NCBI RefSeq assembly: GCF_006345805.1 | Contig: NW_021833297.1 | Span: forward strand, 11,559 to 75,558 | Length of the DNA stretch: 64,000 nt | Origin: Octopus sinensis | Lineage: Eukaryota | Direction of reading: 5' to 3' | Part shown: positions 13,263-27,971 of the stretch, piece after piece | Position numbering within the stretch: the first letter of the stretch is position 1 | Layout of the letters: every line of letters starts with the position of its first letter | Notes under the pieces: generated by a model | The model's input: only the letters and a program-made list of their open reading frames with translations | What the model was told of the DNA's origin: nothing | Databases searched by the model: none | Translations under genes and position numbers: made by a program

Positions 13263-13580
13263 TATATTGTAATCTTTAGTTGTTGTTGTCGTGTTGTTGT
13301 CGATGTCGTTGTTCTTGCTGTTGCTGTTACTGTTGTTGTTCTTCTTCTTCGTCTTCTCCCATTTTTCGTATGTAGACTCAAGTTGGCTACGGTCAAGCGC
13401 CGATGAAAGATGTTCAAGTCGTAACTATCCAACTGTTGTGTACCTCGAACTGCATTGCCTAACATCTCCATGTATTTTCTTAAACGACGGACTTTAAAGA
13501 CATTTGAAGTAGACTTTATTCCTATTTCTAGAAAGTCGGTCGTTTTCTCACTTGTATTGCATTTCTTAATGTGCTGTTTG

Positions 13581-13963
13581 GTGGAGGCGCAATGGCCCAG
13601 TGGTTAGGGCAGCGGACTCGCGGTCGTAGGATCGCAGTTTCGATTCCCAGACCGGGCGATGTGAGTGTTTATTGAGCGGCGAAAACACCTAAAGCTCCAC
13701 CAGGCTCCGGCAGGAATGGTGGTGATCCCTGCTGTACTCTTTCACCACAACTTTCTCTCACTCTTACTTCCTGTTTCTGTTGTACCTGTATTTCAAAGGG
13801 CCGGCCTTGTCACTCTCTGTGTTACGCTGTATATCCCCGAGAACTACGTTAAGGGTACACGTGTCTGTGGAGTGCTCAGCCACTTGCACGTTAATTTCAC
13901 GAGCAGGCTGTTCCGTTGATCGGATCAACCGGAACCCTCGTCGTCGCAACCGACGGAGTGCCT
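13581..13963 (+). mobile_element. tRNA-SINE family C
   Basis: Near-identical to 10464-10843. Confidence 0.88.
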
Positions 13964-14546
13964 CCATAATGTGTTGTTTTGTTATGTTTTCTTTTTCTAA
14001 CAGAGATAATATTTTTGGTACATACTTGACGCATCGGTCCAGTTCTCTGTGCCTTGAGATCAAGTGGTACTGGGGACATTTTTATTTTTGATTATTTAGA
14101 ATATCAGTCAAACGCTGAGATCCACACTCTCTCTCTCTCTCCTCTCTCTCTCCTCTCTTTCTGTCTTTCTCTCTCGTATCTATCTATCTATTTATCTGTC
14201 TATCTATATATATATCTTGCTATCGCTTTCTTTCCTTCTTTCTCTTTTTCACTCTCTATTTCTATCCTTTTCTCTTTCTCTCTGTCCTTCGCTGCTCTCT
14301 CTCTCTCTCTCTCTCTCTTTCTAACTTTCTGTGTAGTACCTGTAGCTTCAAAACTGATCCTAAAAATGTAGTGTGCCAATCTTACTCATCTCGAGAATTA
14401 CATTAAGTTTACACCTGTCTGTAGAATGGTCAACCATTTAAAACTTAATTTTACGGGCAAGAATTCTGCTAGTCAAGGAGGTTGAATGCTCATCGTTGTG
14501 TCCACCGAAAACATCACCACATTTATCATAATCATCATCATCACCA

Positions 14547-14785
14547 TCATCATCATCGTTTAACGTCCGCTTTCCATTCTAGCATGGGTTGGACGGTTCA
14601 ACTGGGGTCTGGGAAGCCAGAAGGCTGCACCAGGCCCAATCTGATCTGGCAGTGTTTCTACGGCTGGATGCCCTTCTTAATGCCAACCACTCCGTGAGTG
14701 TAGTGGGTGCTTTTTACGTGCCACCGGCACAAGTGCCAGACGAGGCTGGCAAACGGCCACGATCGGATGGTGCTTTTTACGTACT
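14547..14785 (-). mobile_element. Retroposon 3' end with (GAT)n tail
   Basis: catcatcatcgtttaacgtccgctttcc...ttctacggctggatgcccttc; simple-repeat tail on the minus strand. Clade not determined. Confidence 0.55.
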
Positions 14786-15433
14786 TATATATTTTCATGA
14801 AAATAAAACATGATTTTAAAAATGGTTTAACAGCTATTTCTAGCAAACCAATCTACCACAGAGAATTATCATTCCTATTTATGAGTGCTGGAAAATTGTC
14901 TTCTCATTTGGTAATTGACATTGGCATAAATTCGTTGGAAGCAATAACACACTTCGGTTAATGTTCTTTGATCAAAGAACTAAGCATAATATATATGTTA
15001 ACGAATACAGCGCTACTTGTAGCTACACACACCTAAATCAGATACGACCCGTATAACTTGCCACCCACGGAGATTCAGATAAATATATTTTCTAGAGTTT
15101 TTTTATCGTGAATTCTCCATCTTTACCTTTTAACAAAATTCATTGTGTGTCATTTCATTTTTTTTTATTTCTTATTTTTCATATTTTTTAAATTTTTGCG
15201 TAGTTCATAATTTTGGTTTCCTTGTTTGCGAAGCCATCATGTACGATATATATGTATATATATATACACATATACACACACAAAAATATACATTTACATA
15301 TGTATCATATTACATAAAAGGGCGGTTTTATTTTATTAGTTGTATCCACATTAATTTATATGTAAGTATATATTTATACATGTTTATATGTTATATATAT
15401 ATTAACCCACACACATACATCCATGCATATATC

Positions 15434-15498
<65 letters not shown>

Positions 15499-16421
15499 TA
15501 TATATATATATATATACGTGTGTGGTATGTGCGTGTATGTATATGTGTGTGTATGTGTGAGTGGGCGTAATCCATACATATAAACATTATCAGTTTTCTC
15601 ATGTGTGATAAGATATTCAAATACAAACGAAGTGCCTATTTCTGTTTTTTACAGGTACAGAGAATTAACCATAAATCTGTGCCTGTATGTATGTATAAAT
15701 CACATTATATATATATAATCTATATATATATATATATATATTATGTGTGTGTGTGTGTGGTGTGTTGTGTGTGATGTATGTGTGTGTGTGTGAGTGTGTG
15801 TGTATTTACATATATGCACGAAGATAGAAGTTCCTGTGACTGATCACATCATTACGTATTTACTATATATATATATAATATATATATATATATATAATAT
15901 ATATATATGCTTCTATGCGTGTCGAGAGAGAAATAAAAATTCATTTTTTTAGAATCTAAGTAAGATTGTATGCGTATATATACGTGTGCGTGTGTGTGTA
16001 TGTGTGTTTGTGTGTGCATGTATGCTTATATACATTAATACACCTATGTCTTGAGGATTTGAATGATTTTGGCACCTTTGTATTTTTTTTTAGCAAGTCA
16101 GCTAATGCAAGGGCAAGCAATTCAATAACAGATATGCATGTATGTAATTATGTATATATGTACGTATGGATGTATACATAATTATATATATGTATATATA
16201 TATATATAATGATCAATGTATATATATAGATATATATATATATATATATATATGATGATCAATGTATATATATGCAGATATATGTAAATATATATAAATA
16301 TATATATATGTATATATATATTCGTATCTCTCTCTCTCTCTATCTATCTACCTATCTATCTCTCTATCTATCTACCTATCTATCTATCTATCTATCTATC
16401 GCACTCTCTCTCTCTCTCTCT

Positions 16422-16471
<50 letters not shown>

Positions 16472-16655
16472 CAAAATACATCTAACAAGGAAAATGTAGG
16501 ATATAAACACCGAACATGCATACACAAATACACTACACAGAGAGTGCTATGCACACATGTAAACACACATACACACACAGACACATATATATGTAAGTAT
16601 GTACGTGTGCCTATATATGTATGTATCCGTGTATATATGTTTGTATGTATGTATT

Positions 16656-16687
<32 letters not shown>

Positions 16688-17257
16688 CATACATACATAT
16701 ATATATATATATACATGTGTGTGTGTGTGTAGTATATTTACATATACCCTGACAAATACACGTGTGTGCACACTTATATAGGACGGAACATAAAGGATAT
16801 GACAATGTAATAAAGCATATAACACAGTAATATCACTTATAATCTAACAGAATGTAATAAAAATAAGCATTGATCGATTCTCACCATTAGCTAAGCCCAC
16901 CCAGAAATAATTATGCGATACGACATAAAATTTTACAATAATACATTGATATAGCTCACCACATCACAATAAAGCCACCGATACAGAAAATCCTTAAGTT
17001 TATATGCATAATGGTAAGTTTATTATGTATTATGGAATGAAAATAATAAAAGGAATGATTTTGGGAAAAATTGTATATGATGGTATAATAGAATGGTGTG
17101 AATAGTACACATTGGTATGGAATGGTTATAAGGAATAGGAATTTTATTGGAAAAAGGAAAAGGAAAACAGTCAGAGAAAATCGAAAAATATAAAGAAGAG
17201 AAATGAAATAGAAGGAAAGTGAACAGGAAATGAAAAATAGAAAATATAGAAAGCATA

Positions 17258-17325
<68 letters not shown>

Positions 17326-17555
17326 GTAGCAGAATTTTTTTACAAATTAATATGAATGATGAAGGTGGTGGTGCTGATTATGATAATAATGATAAAACTT
17401 TCTACTATAGGCACAAGGCCTGAAATTTTTACGCCAGTACTCTACTGATACTTAATTTATCGACCCCAAAAAGATGAAAGTCAAGGTCAACCTCGGCGGA
17501 ATTTGAACTCAGAAAGTAAAACCGGCGAGCTTAACGATTCTACCAGTTCGCCGCC

Positions 17556-17627
<72 letters not shown>

Positions 17628-18154
17628 TCAACAACAAAAGGAGAAGGAGTAATAATAGTAGTATAAAGATTTATTGAAATTTTCTCAAAGCAATTATATA
17701 TTTTCGTATTATATTCACACTTTTTATAGTTTTTTGTGCTTTATTATTATTTATATATTTCTTTCTATATTTTTTCCACAAGAAATTTTTTTGTGATATA
17801 TTCTTACATGAATTTTTTTTTTCAATGCGTGTTTCTTTAATTTAGTTATTTTTTATGAGAATACGCAGTCTTTTAGATTTCTTTAAAAATCGTAGTTTTA
17901 CATTTAGATTTCTTTAAAAAATTATTTGCGTCCATTTGTATATACATATATATAATGTATATATATATATATATATTATATATATATATATTATATATAT
18001 ATGTATAAATATATTGATATTATAGAATAGTATATGAACGCTTGTATGTTCGTGTGCACATGTGTTTATATACATACGTACATACAAATATATATATGTG
18101 TGTGTATTATGTACATACAGCCATTTATTGTTTATCATTTGTGCGTAGGTGCCC

Positions 18155-18189
<35 letters not shown>

Positions 18190-18216
18190 CAGAGAGAGAG
18201 AGAGACAGAAAGATAG

Positions 18217-18251
<35 letters not shown>

Positions 18252-18678
18252 AATAGATAGATATCAAATGTAGGTAGGGAAAATCCAGTCTGTGTCCTCT
18301 TAAAGTACATGTGCTTATTCTATTTATTCTATAGTTACAATCCAATATGTAGTTGTGGTATTGATGTGAGATACACATTAGAGTTGAAAATTATGGAAAT
18401 ATTATTTTCGGAGTTATATAACAATACGGGAAACATCAATATTTTTCAGTACTATTTATTCACTTATTACACATGTTTCGTTTGCGAATGATAATCACAG
18501 AATTGTACATGCTGGATAAAGATGTAAGAAATTTACTATTGGAAGTTCTTCAGAAATAAATAATATAATATATTATGTAGAAATAATTTATAATATGAAT
18601 TTTGTTGCATATTGACTTAGCATGTATAACTTTCTGATTTATATTAGTAAAAGAAACATGTGTAATGGTGAATAAATA

Positions 18679-18760
<82 letters not shown>

Positions 18761-18826
18761 AGTATATATATGTATATATATGTATATATATATATATATG
18801 TATATATATAGTATGTATATATATAT

Positions 18827-18887
<61 letters not shown>

Positions 18888-19454
18888 ATATAAGCAAGGG
18901 CAAAAGAAAATATTTCTATGCCAATATGCTGATAACAGACTTTAAATCGTCAATTTCCACATATTATTATATACCCACTACAGAGATACGTTGTGCTGAA
19001 ATCGAGGAAAGCCAGCCAACAGAATTTTTTTTTGAAAGTTCGTTATTTCTATATTGAATCAATTTCGGAATTAATCTCATAATAGATATTTTCCTCATCA
19101 GTAGAAAATACGAATAGAATTAAATGAAATACTTACATGCGCCCATGGAAAAAAAGCCGAAGCAAAGATCATGTGTACACATAAGTACCCCAGATATATC
19201 TAAATATAAACTCCTTTTGTTAGCCTCAGCACACGTATGAACTGTTCTCCACCACAGCTTATAGTCGTTTCCAGTCCCTATAGCGAATAGTAATAAATGT
19301 ACTACTGATATAGGATGAAGTTTATTTACAGAAAAAAATTTCATCAAAAAATGTGGCAGCATATTAAAATTTTAACCTTGAAGGTATTTTAATATGCTGC
19401 CACTTTTTTGATGAAATTTATTTTTGTAAAAAAACTTCATCCTATATATATATA

Positions 19455-19500
<46 letters not shown>

Positions 19501-19596
19501 CATATATGTACACATACACATATAATTGTATTAGAAAAATATTCGAAGTATCAGCAGGATGTTTCTTTGTGAAAACTTCAGCAAAGAGATCTGTCA

Positions 19597-19898
19597 TCTT
19601 TATATATAAAACTGAAGTTGTGTGTCTGCCTGTCTCCTCCGATTTAGATTTCTAACTACTCCCACATTTTGCGGTGCAGTTTAACCAAAAGCGGGTATCT
19701 TATAGTCGTGATTCATGTCGAGCGTCTGGGTATTAGCGCGCGCCTACGATGTGTCTACGATTTAAAAAAAATTTACCATCATTTTTCCGCATTTTTAATG
19801 CATTTTTTGCTCGGTTTATATAGGGGAAGTAACTCTCTAAAAATGCTTATATAGTTATTTCCCTTACAAACCCGAGCAACGCCGGGCGATACTGCTAG
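19597..19898 (+). mobile_element. Non-autonomous Helitron family H1, copy 2 (shorter)
   Basis: a|TCTTTATATATAAAA ... cccgagcaacgccggg cgatactgCTAG|t; lacks the internal duplication present in copies 1 and 3. Confidence 0.8.
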
Positions 19899-22180
19899 TT
19901 TAGTATAAATCAGTATCAGAGCAATAATATATCCTGTGAAATGACGAACAAAACGACACATGAAAAATATAAATACCTGTACACTGTACAGTAACAGTAC
20001 CGTTTTTATAGCCATTGGCGTTATCAAGGATTGAAACTGGAATCAATAAATAACAATCCCAGTATTGTTTTTTTGTATACGTAAATCCTTACAATAAAAA
20101 CACCTAATCTGCTATAGCAGTTTTTCTTTAATCCAATATTTGCACCGTAATTATTTATAGCTTCATCTACTTCGAGTTCCATCATAATAACAACCACCGA
20201 TTTATGAAGAAATTATATATTTTATAAACGCTGCTAGGATATTAGTGACAGGAATTAATATTGCAAAATTATTAAGAAAATGTTTTTGTGTAACGTTTAA
20301 CGATGTTCTAAATGAAATTGAATAAATCAACTGATTTTCAAATATAACTTTCAAGTAAAAACAACGATAATTGTTGTGATTGCTGAAATTTTCCTCTTGA
20401 CCAACCAACCATATGTAGTGAATGAGTATTTAATTTTAGTAGGGAAGTTGTTCATTTAAAACTGGTTGTTCTGTGTCGAGAATGTTCTATGATTAAATAG
20501 CAAACCGATCAATGAGTTGAATATATTTTAATAACTGATGTAGGGAGAAAGTGTAGTATTTGTAAGATATTTCAGAGTTTCTGACGTTGATGAAAGACAC
20601 GGGGCCTCCGTCGGTCAACGCTGATCATACTTTTGCTCATGTATTCGCAAGCCTGGGTAATTTATATTTGTATTTATTTATTTATTTATCAGGAAGGCAA
20701 TCAGTACTTCATGCATGAAAGTATTTTTTTTCCGCATTAATCCCTGCTTATCTAAAGAAAAATCCGCTGAGTTCGGTCCATATAACTAGAAACTAATATC
20801 GCTCGAGTTGCTGCTGAGAGAATATAAGGACTTAGAACAGATCCCGCAAGGTATCTCTCTCGGCTCTCTAACAGTTTCGCTAATCCAACGCTCTGGATTG
20901 GTACTTATTGTCGATCCCGAAAAAGTAAAATGTACAGTGAACTTGGTATGATTTGAACTTAGATCCCAGAGAGCCGGAATAAATACTGCGAAACATTCTA
21001 ACCAATACTCTAACGACTCTGCCAGTTCGCCAGGACGAGATGAAATTATGTTTAAATTGGATGATGGCTCGATTGCTCATAACATAGTGGACTCTACTAC
21101 AGGTAACCCTAAGAACAGATACTGGTGTTAGACTGGCGTCCGATTAGGTCTTCATTTCAAGCATAATAGCGAGTTTGTCAAATGGTGTTTGAGCGCTGTT
21201 ATCAGCATTTCGAGCAACGGAAGTACTATCATTAGAAGTGAAGTGTCATTTTAAAAGAACTCAATATCAACAAAATGAACAGTTAAGAGTTTGATAAAAG
21301 AGATTTTACCGCACTGGGGGTTTAAATGAGAGAGACCAGAGTTGATGGATTAGAGAATTGGTTGAGAGACTAGATTGTATTGTGTTAGATGAGAAAAATT
21401 AGGCTTAATGAGAGAGTTAATTGAGAGCGAGTTAAATTCAGCCCTTACATCTCGAGAAAATGCATTAAGGTTTTCTCGTGAATTTATGGTTGTTTTTTTA
21501 AAAATAAATTAGGAAGTTTAGGGAAGAAATTTTCATTGCAATTTTCAACTACTGAAGTAACTGCATAGAAGTTCGTTCATTCATTCTGTAGTCTTCATTT
21601 TAAAACAAACAGGGACTTGACTGTAACTCGCAACATGATAAATGATACACGGATGCAACTTCAGTGCCCTATTTGGATCTCATTAAAAAAATGCAAGGAG
21701 CTTAATTAGTGAAATGTAATGGCTCATTGAAAGAACATTGCTTTCTGATGCGTTTATGCTCCGAATTTTAGAGGGGTTATGCTGCTGTTTGTTGTCGACC
21801 GATGAAAATGAAGTCCTCGCTCTAGCTTTTTCTCTCTCTCAATCTTGAGAGAGAGGAGGAGGGAGAAATAGGTGGAGAGAGAGAGAGAGAGCGGATTGTT
21901 TTATTCAGTAGATTGAATGATTCAGACTCTCACATGCTGAATGAAATAGTTTTCAGTCACATGATTAAATAGATTACAGGATAAAAATAACAATATTCGA
22001 TATTGAATGTTTTATTTTTTCTATGTTATGTTAATGCTTTTTTTTTCATAGCGTGACCCCCAGCATGGTATAACCTCTAGCTCAAATAAGAATTGCAAAG
22101 CGGAAGTATATTGATAGGACCTCGCAATTAAATCATTTGTGTTATGTAGTTAAGTCCTTTTTACACCCTGAGTTCAAATA

Positions 22181-23424
22181 CAGGGGTTGGACAAAATAGT
22201 GGAAACACCTTAAAATTTCAAACAAATTTATTTTAATATGAGGTTGGACTGCCTTTGTTAGTATTTACAGCTTGAATTCTACGAGGTATAGACTCGTACA
22301 GTTTGAATTGTTTCCAAAAGAATTTTTGTCCATTCTTCAGTTAAAACAGTCTCCAGTTCTTGTAATGATGATGGTAGAGGATATCGACTCCTTGCTTGTT
22401 TTTCTAAAATGCACCATAAATGTTCAATAATTTTGAGATCTGGGGACTGTGGTGGCCAGATAAGATGTTCAGCTTCACTCGAATGTTCCTCGTGCAATTC
22501 AGTAACAACTTTAGCTGTGTGAATTGGTGCATTATCATCCTGAGTTATTGCGTTTCCCTCCGGATACAGTTCCGCAACCATAGGATGAATTTGATCAGAT
22601 AAAATGCATAAATAGTCTTAACTATTAATTCTGCCATGAAGGGAAACCATTGGGCCGGCAGATTTTCAAGATATAGCCTCCCAGATCATCACATGTTTAA
22701 CAGTTGGAAGAAGGCAGTCTGGGTCAAATGCCTCTTTTGGCTGTCTCCTCCCGTATATTCGGCCGGTAGTCGGAAATAAGGTAAAGGATGACTTGTCCGT
22801 GAAAATAACATTCTTCCACTGCTCTAGGGACCAATTCTGTAGGTTTCTACTCCACTCTAAACGCTTTGCAACGTTTGTTTTTAAAAGTAGTGGTTTTATG
22901 ATTGCAGACCTCCCGTGAAATCCAGCTCCCTGCAAGCAGTTTTGTGGAAACTGGATTCTCGAGGTGGTCATTAAGCTCTGCAGTAATTTGGGGGGCTGTA
23001 CTTTTGTGATCCTTTCTAACAATTTGCATAAGAGTGACGATCCCTATCTGAAAGTTTTGGTTTTTTTCCGTAGTTTTGTTTCGAGGAGGAGGTTTTCCCT
23101 CTTTCTCAAAGGCTGTTATTACTTTCGAGTACTTCTTGATATACCAAACATTTTGACTGTTTTCGTATGGTAGACCTTAGCCTGCCATACGAGCACCAAC
23201 AATTTGGCGTCTTTGAAAGTCCGAGAGATCTGTCATTTTAATGAATTTTAATTACCTTTTTCTGATGATATCTGAAAAGAAACAGCAATTTTAGCAAAGC
23301 ATATTAAGAAACACTAATAATGAATAAAGAAACATAAAAATAAACAAGATCTTGACGGTTTTATAGATATCTCAAAGTTATGATGCAACATGCTAGCTGT
23401 TTCCATTATTTTGTCCAACCTCTG
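22181..23424 (-). mobile_element. Tc1-family DNA transposon relic
   Basis: About 26-bp TIRs (CAGGGGTTGGACAAAATAGTGGAAAC / GTTTCCATTATTTTGTCCAACCTCTG) flanked by TA. Frameshifted transposase with VIFTDKS, QDDNAPIH and WPPQSPDL.IIE motifs. Confidence 0.93.
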
Positions 23425-23984
23425 TATACTCAATACAAACTTTAATATATTTCTAATATCGATAAAATAAATAATACCAGACAATTTTGTTTCAATTACG
23501 CTCTTGCCCTTAATATATGAGGTTGTGAGCGTATATTAGAAGATATTTATTATGGTAATAATGCTTTAAAATGGCGGATGTTAGTGTTACAAAGCGGAGC
23601 CTGTCGGAATGTATCATATATTAAAACATAATACCTATTATAACATTGTGGCTTTTGTTATATGTAGATTAACAAGAAGCAAAATGTTACGATGTGGAAG
23701 GATATAGTGTTCGGCTATTAACCAGGCTTATTATAAAACTCATATCTCTGTTGACAATATGAATAACCGATATGATCACTTTAAGCTCTAACACTACCAC
23801 CGGCCTCGGTGCAGTCAGCTGGCGGTGATTGTGATGGTGGTGGTGGTGGTGGTGTTTGTGCTGCTGTTGTTACTGTATGTTTATTTGACCGGTTATTCAT
23901 TTGGATGCAACGCTTTGATCTATAACTGAATCATATGGCGACAGCAGACGAAAGACTTACGAGCAGATATGTACATGTATTTAA

Positions 23985-24214
23985 GGGCGGTGAGCTGGCA
24001 GAAACGTTAGCACGCCGGGCGAAATGCGTAGCCGTATTTCATCTGCCGATACGTTCTGAGATCAAATTCCGCCGAGGTCGACTTTGCCTTTCATCCTTTC
24101 GGGGTCGATAAATTAAGTACCAGTTACGCACTGGGGTCGGTTTAATCGGCTTAATCCGTTTGTCTGTCCTTGTTTGTCCCCTCTGTGTTTAGCGCCATGT
24201 GGGTAATAAAGAAA
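23985..24214 (+). mobile_element. tRNA-SINE family A
   Basis: Full copy; 15-bp direct repeat CAGATATGTACATGT at 23964-23978 and 24215-24229. Confidence 0.85.
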
Positions 24215-25068
24215 CAGATATGTACATGTGTATATATACACACACATATATATGTGAGTATACACACACACATATATATACAAACATGTATATGCACACA
24301 CATATGTGTGTGTATGTATATGCATATGAATATATGTATATATCTGTTGCTTTTTCACACAAATCAAAATGCAAAGAGATGTTTATAACATACAACTACA
24401 AACACCCACTCCTACACTCCTCTATTCATGCATACATTGTCACATAATCTGTATACAGTGATACACACACACACATATGTACACTCATACACTCTCGCAC
24501 ATTTACATACTATATCTACCCCGATAAGCATACTCCAATAAGCACACTAACACATTTAGATACTTACTCTTTTACTCTTTTACACTTTTACTTGTTTCAG
24601 TCATTTAGTTGAGGAACTCGACCCCAGGACTTATTCTTTGTAAGCCTAGTACTAATTCTTTCGGTCTCTTTTGCCGAACCGCTAAGTAACGGGGCGTAAA
24701 CACACCAGCATCGGTGTTGCAGGGACAAACACAGACACACAGACATACACGCACATACATATATATACATATATACGACGGGCTTCTTTCAGTTTCCGTC
24801 TACCAAATCCACTCACAAGGCTTTGGTCGGCCCGAGGCTATAGTAGAAGACACTTGCCCAAGGTGCCACGCAGTGGGACTGAACACGGAACCATGTGATT
24901 CGTAAGCAAACTACTTACCACACAGCCACTCCTACGCCTATACATATTTGCAGAAAAACACAAAACCCCATCAATCTTCACGTCCTTGCACGCACTCACC
25001 CGCTATCACACAAGGATGTCGATGATCTCGGGAGTTCCAACAAAACCTAAGATAAATTTTAAAATGAG

Positions 25069-25100
<32 letters not shown>

Positions 25101-25104
25101 GGGA

Positions 25105-26155
25105 TAAGATGGAATGGACCCAAAATGCTGATACTGCGACGATGGGATTGAAACAGTGGATCACCTAATCTCTGAGTGTGTGGCTTAAACAGCTGTAGAG
25201 TACAAATCAAGATATGACAGAGTTGGCCAATATCTACATTAGATAACGTGTCGGTATTATAAAAGGCGGCGAGCTGGCAGAAGCGTTAGCACGCCGGGCG
25301 AAATGCTTAGCGGTATTTCGTCTGCGTTACGTTGTGAGTTCAAATTCCGCCGAGGTCGACTTTGCCTTTCATCCTTTCGGGGTCGATAAATTAAGTACCA
25401 GTTACGCACTGGGGTCGATGTAATCGACTTAATACCTATGTCTGTCCTTGTTTGTCCCCTCTGTGTTTAGCCCCTTGTCGGTAATAAAGAAATAAGTATT
25501 ATAAAATCAAAACTGCTGGCAAATGATACTAGCAAAACCCTGAGGCTATTGCTGAGGGAGAAGATGTAACGTAACAATTCTTTGAAACTTTCCAGTATGT
25601 ACAGACCGAAATATCAAAGCGAATGGACGACATATTGTTTTGAAAGACCAAAACAATGAAGTCTGTTTATTGATTGATATGAATATACCCTGTGACCATA
25701 ATATCTTGGCAAAAGAATTTGAAAAGCTCAGAAAATATAAAAGTTTGCTTATCGAAATTGAAAAGATGTGGCATTTCAAGACGGTTACAATGGTAGCGAT
25801 TGTAGGTGCGCTTGAAATTATCAAACAAGGAACTGAAAATTATTTAAGAATGATCTCTGGCTTACCACCCATGCAAGAAGTGCAAAAGACTGTCTTAAGT
25901 GGTACGTCACACCTACTGAGAAGAGCTGTAAATTGTCTTTCCTTTTTACTTTTTATCTTCTTTGTTTACTTTTTTTTTTTTTTATTTTTTCCTTTTTTCT
26001 TTTTGTCTTTCTTCCCTTTCTTCTATCACGTGACTTTGCAAATGAACAATCTGGCGTGTTTGTTTTAATGGCCTACAAATGTATACAGTGCGTTTCTCTG
26101 CCCTAGGTGTCAGGAAGACACTCGGCAAGAAATGGAAATAGAATTGAAAGACCAG
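25105..26155 (+). mobile_element. R4/Dong-type (restriction-like endonuclease) LINE 3' fragment, interrupted by a SINE
   Basis: Decayed CCHC knuckle (C..C...IETVDHLISEC..EYKSRYDRV) and RLE domain (TDRNIKAN..IVLKD..VCLLIDMNIPCD.N..KE.EKL.KY..L..EI.KMW). SINE at 25265-25495 with an 11-bp TSD GTATTATAAAA. Confidence 0.85.
25265..25495 (+). mobile_element. tRNA-SINE family A inserted in the R4/Dong fragment
   Basis: Full copy with an 11-bp TSD. Confidence 0.9.
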
Positions 26156-26297
26156 TAATTTCTAGGGGATGTGGAAGTCGATCACATCGGCCTTAGTACT
26201 CTAATTGTATTACTTTATCAACCCCGACGTTTTGTCCGGCCTGCTAACGACCCTACAAACTCACCGTCTTATATAATAGTAATAATAATAATAATAA

Positions 26298-26376
<79 letters not shown>

Positions 26377-27129
26377 TGTAGTAGTTGTTGTTGTTGTTGT
26401 TATTGTTGCAATCTATCCTATAATCGAATAAAACATGATTTAAAAAAATGTGTATGCAAATTTTACTCCAGAATTCTAAAACGAATAAGGAAATTTCAAA
26501 ATTCAAGTTTATATGTAGTTTTTTCTTTTTTAAAAAATATGGGTTTCTCTTCTTTTCTCAGTCAAATCATAAAACTCATTCCTATTCACCACGATATCTA
26601 CTTCCTGTCTTCATTTTTTAAAAATCATGTTCTTTTTCACTTCCGGTCGACATTAAGATATCACATGATGCGTATACAATTTTCACATTAACGTCTCATA
26701 CATGCAAATGCACAGTAATCGTTAATAAATCATAACAAAATACCAACAAAAGGAAAATAATTATGACATTCATTATAATTTTTGCCTTTATATTTATTAT
26801 AAAATTTAATTATGGCAATAATGTACAAATACGAATTCCTTTTAACATGTCATTTTGATTCAGTTAATGAATGCTATGAATAATGATAAAGATTCAGCTA
26901 TAATAATTTCAAACAAATCGGGTTAGTTTAGCGCGTGACTGGAACGAAAGCAAAGTGAAAACACGAAGGAAGGAAACAATGAAATATACTTCGTTTCTGT
27001 ATAATTTATAAATGTAATTTGAATATATTAGGGACCAGCGGTGAACGGCTTATACTGAGCAATGTATATAGATACGTATATGGTGTGTGTGTGTTTGTAG
27101 ATGTGTGTGTTTGTAAATGTGTGTGCGTG

Positions 27130-27166
27130 TATGCGTGCATACATATATATATATTTATATATATAT

Positions 27167-27213
<47 letters not shown>

Positions 27214-27221
27214 ATATTATG

Positions 27222-27264
<43 letters not shown>

Positions 27265-27782
27265 TATATACATATATATATACATATATATACATATACA
27301 TATATATACATATATATATATATATATTTATATACATATTATATATATATATATATAAATATACATATATATACATATATACATATATATACACACAATA
27401 TATATATATATAAATATTATATATATATAAATATTATATATATATATATAAATATTATATATTATATATAAATATGATTATATAATATATATACATATTA
27501 TATATATATATAAATTATATATATATATATATAAATTATATATATATATATAATTATATATATATATAAGTTATATATATATATATATATAAATTATATA
27601 TATATATATAATTTATATATATTATATTTATATATATATATATATTAATTCTATATATATATATATAATATATATTATATATAATTTATATATATATAAT
27701 ATATATATATATATTATAAATTATATTTATATATAATTTATATATATATATATAATTTTATTTATATAATTTTATATAATTA

Positions 27783-27835
<53 letters not shown>

Positions 27836-27912
27836 ATATTTATATATATATATATATATATAATTATATATTTATATATAATTTATATATATATAATTTT
27901 ATATATATAATT

Positions 27913-27970
<58 letters not shown>
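27130..27970. repeat. Long degenerate (TA)n tract, representative of many microsatellites
   Basis: Direct inspection. Other long tracts include (TCT)/(TTA) 1700-2030, (CAT)/(GAT) 4588-4780, (TAG) 26290-26400, (TATG) 28870-29020, (TG) 34790-34950, (TTA) 37735-38670, (TA/CA) 40020-40500 and (GATA) 51045-51135. Confidence 0.95.

Positions 27971-27971
<1 letters not shown>

Noticed and set aside
20790-20850. Possible plus-strand exon KLISLELLLREYKDLEQIPQ ending in AG|GTATCT
   Set aside because: The acceptor has no polypyrimidine tract, the donor is weak, and no partner exons were found.
26570-26720. Cluster of ETS-like (ACTTCCTG, ACTTCCGG), E-box and octamer (ATGCAAAT) motifs
   Set aside because: Short motifs are expected by chance, and there is no linked gene or conservation evidence in the window.
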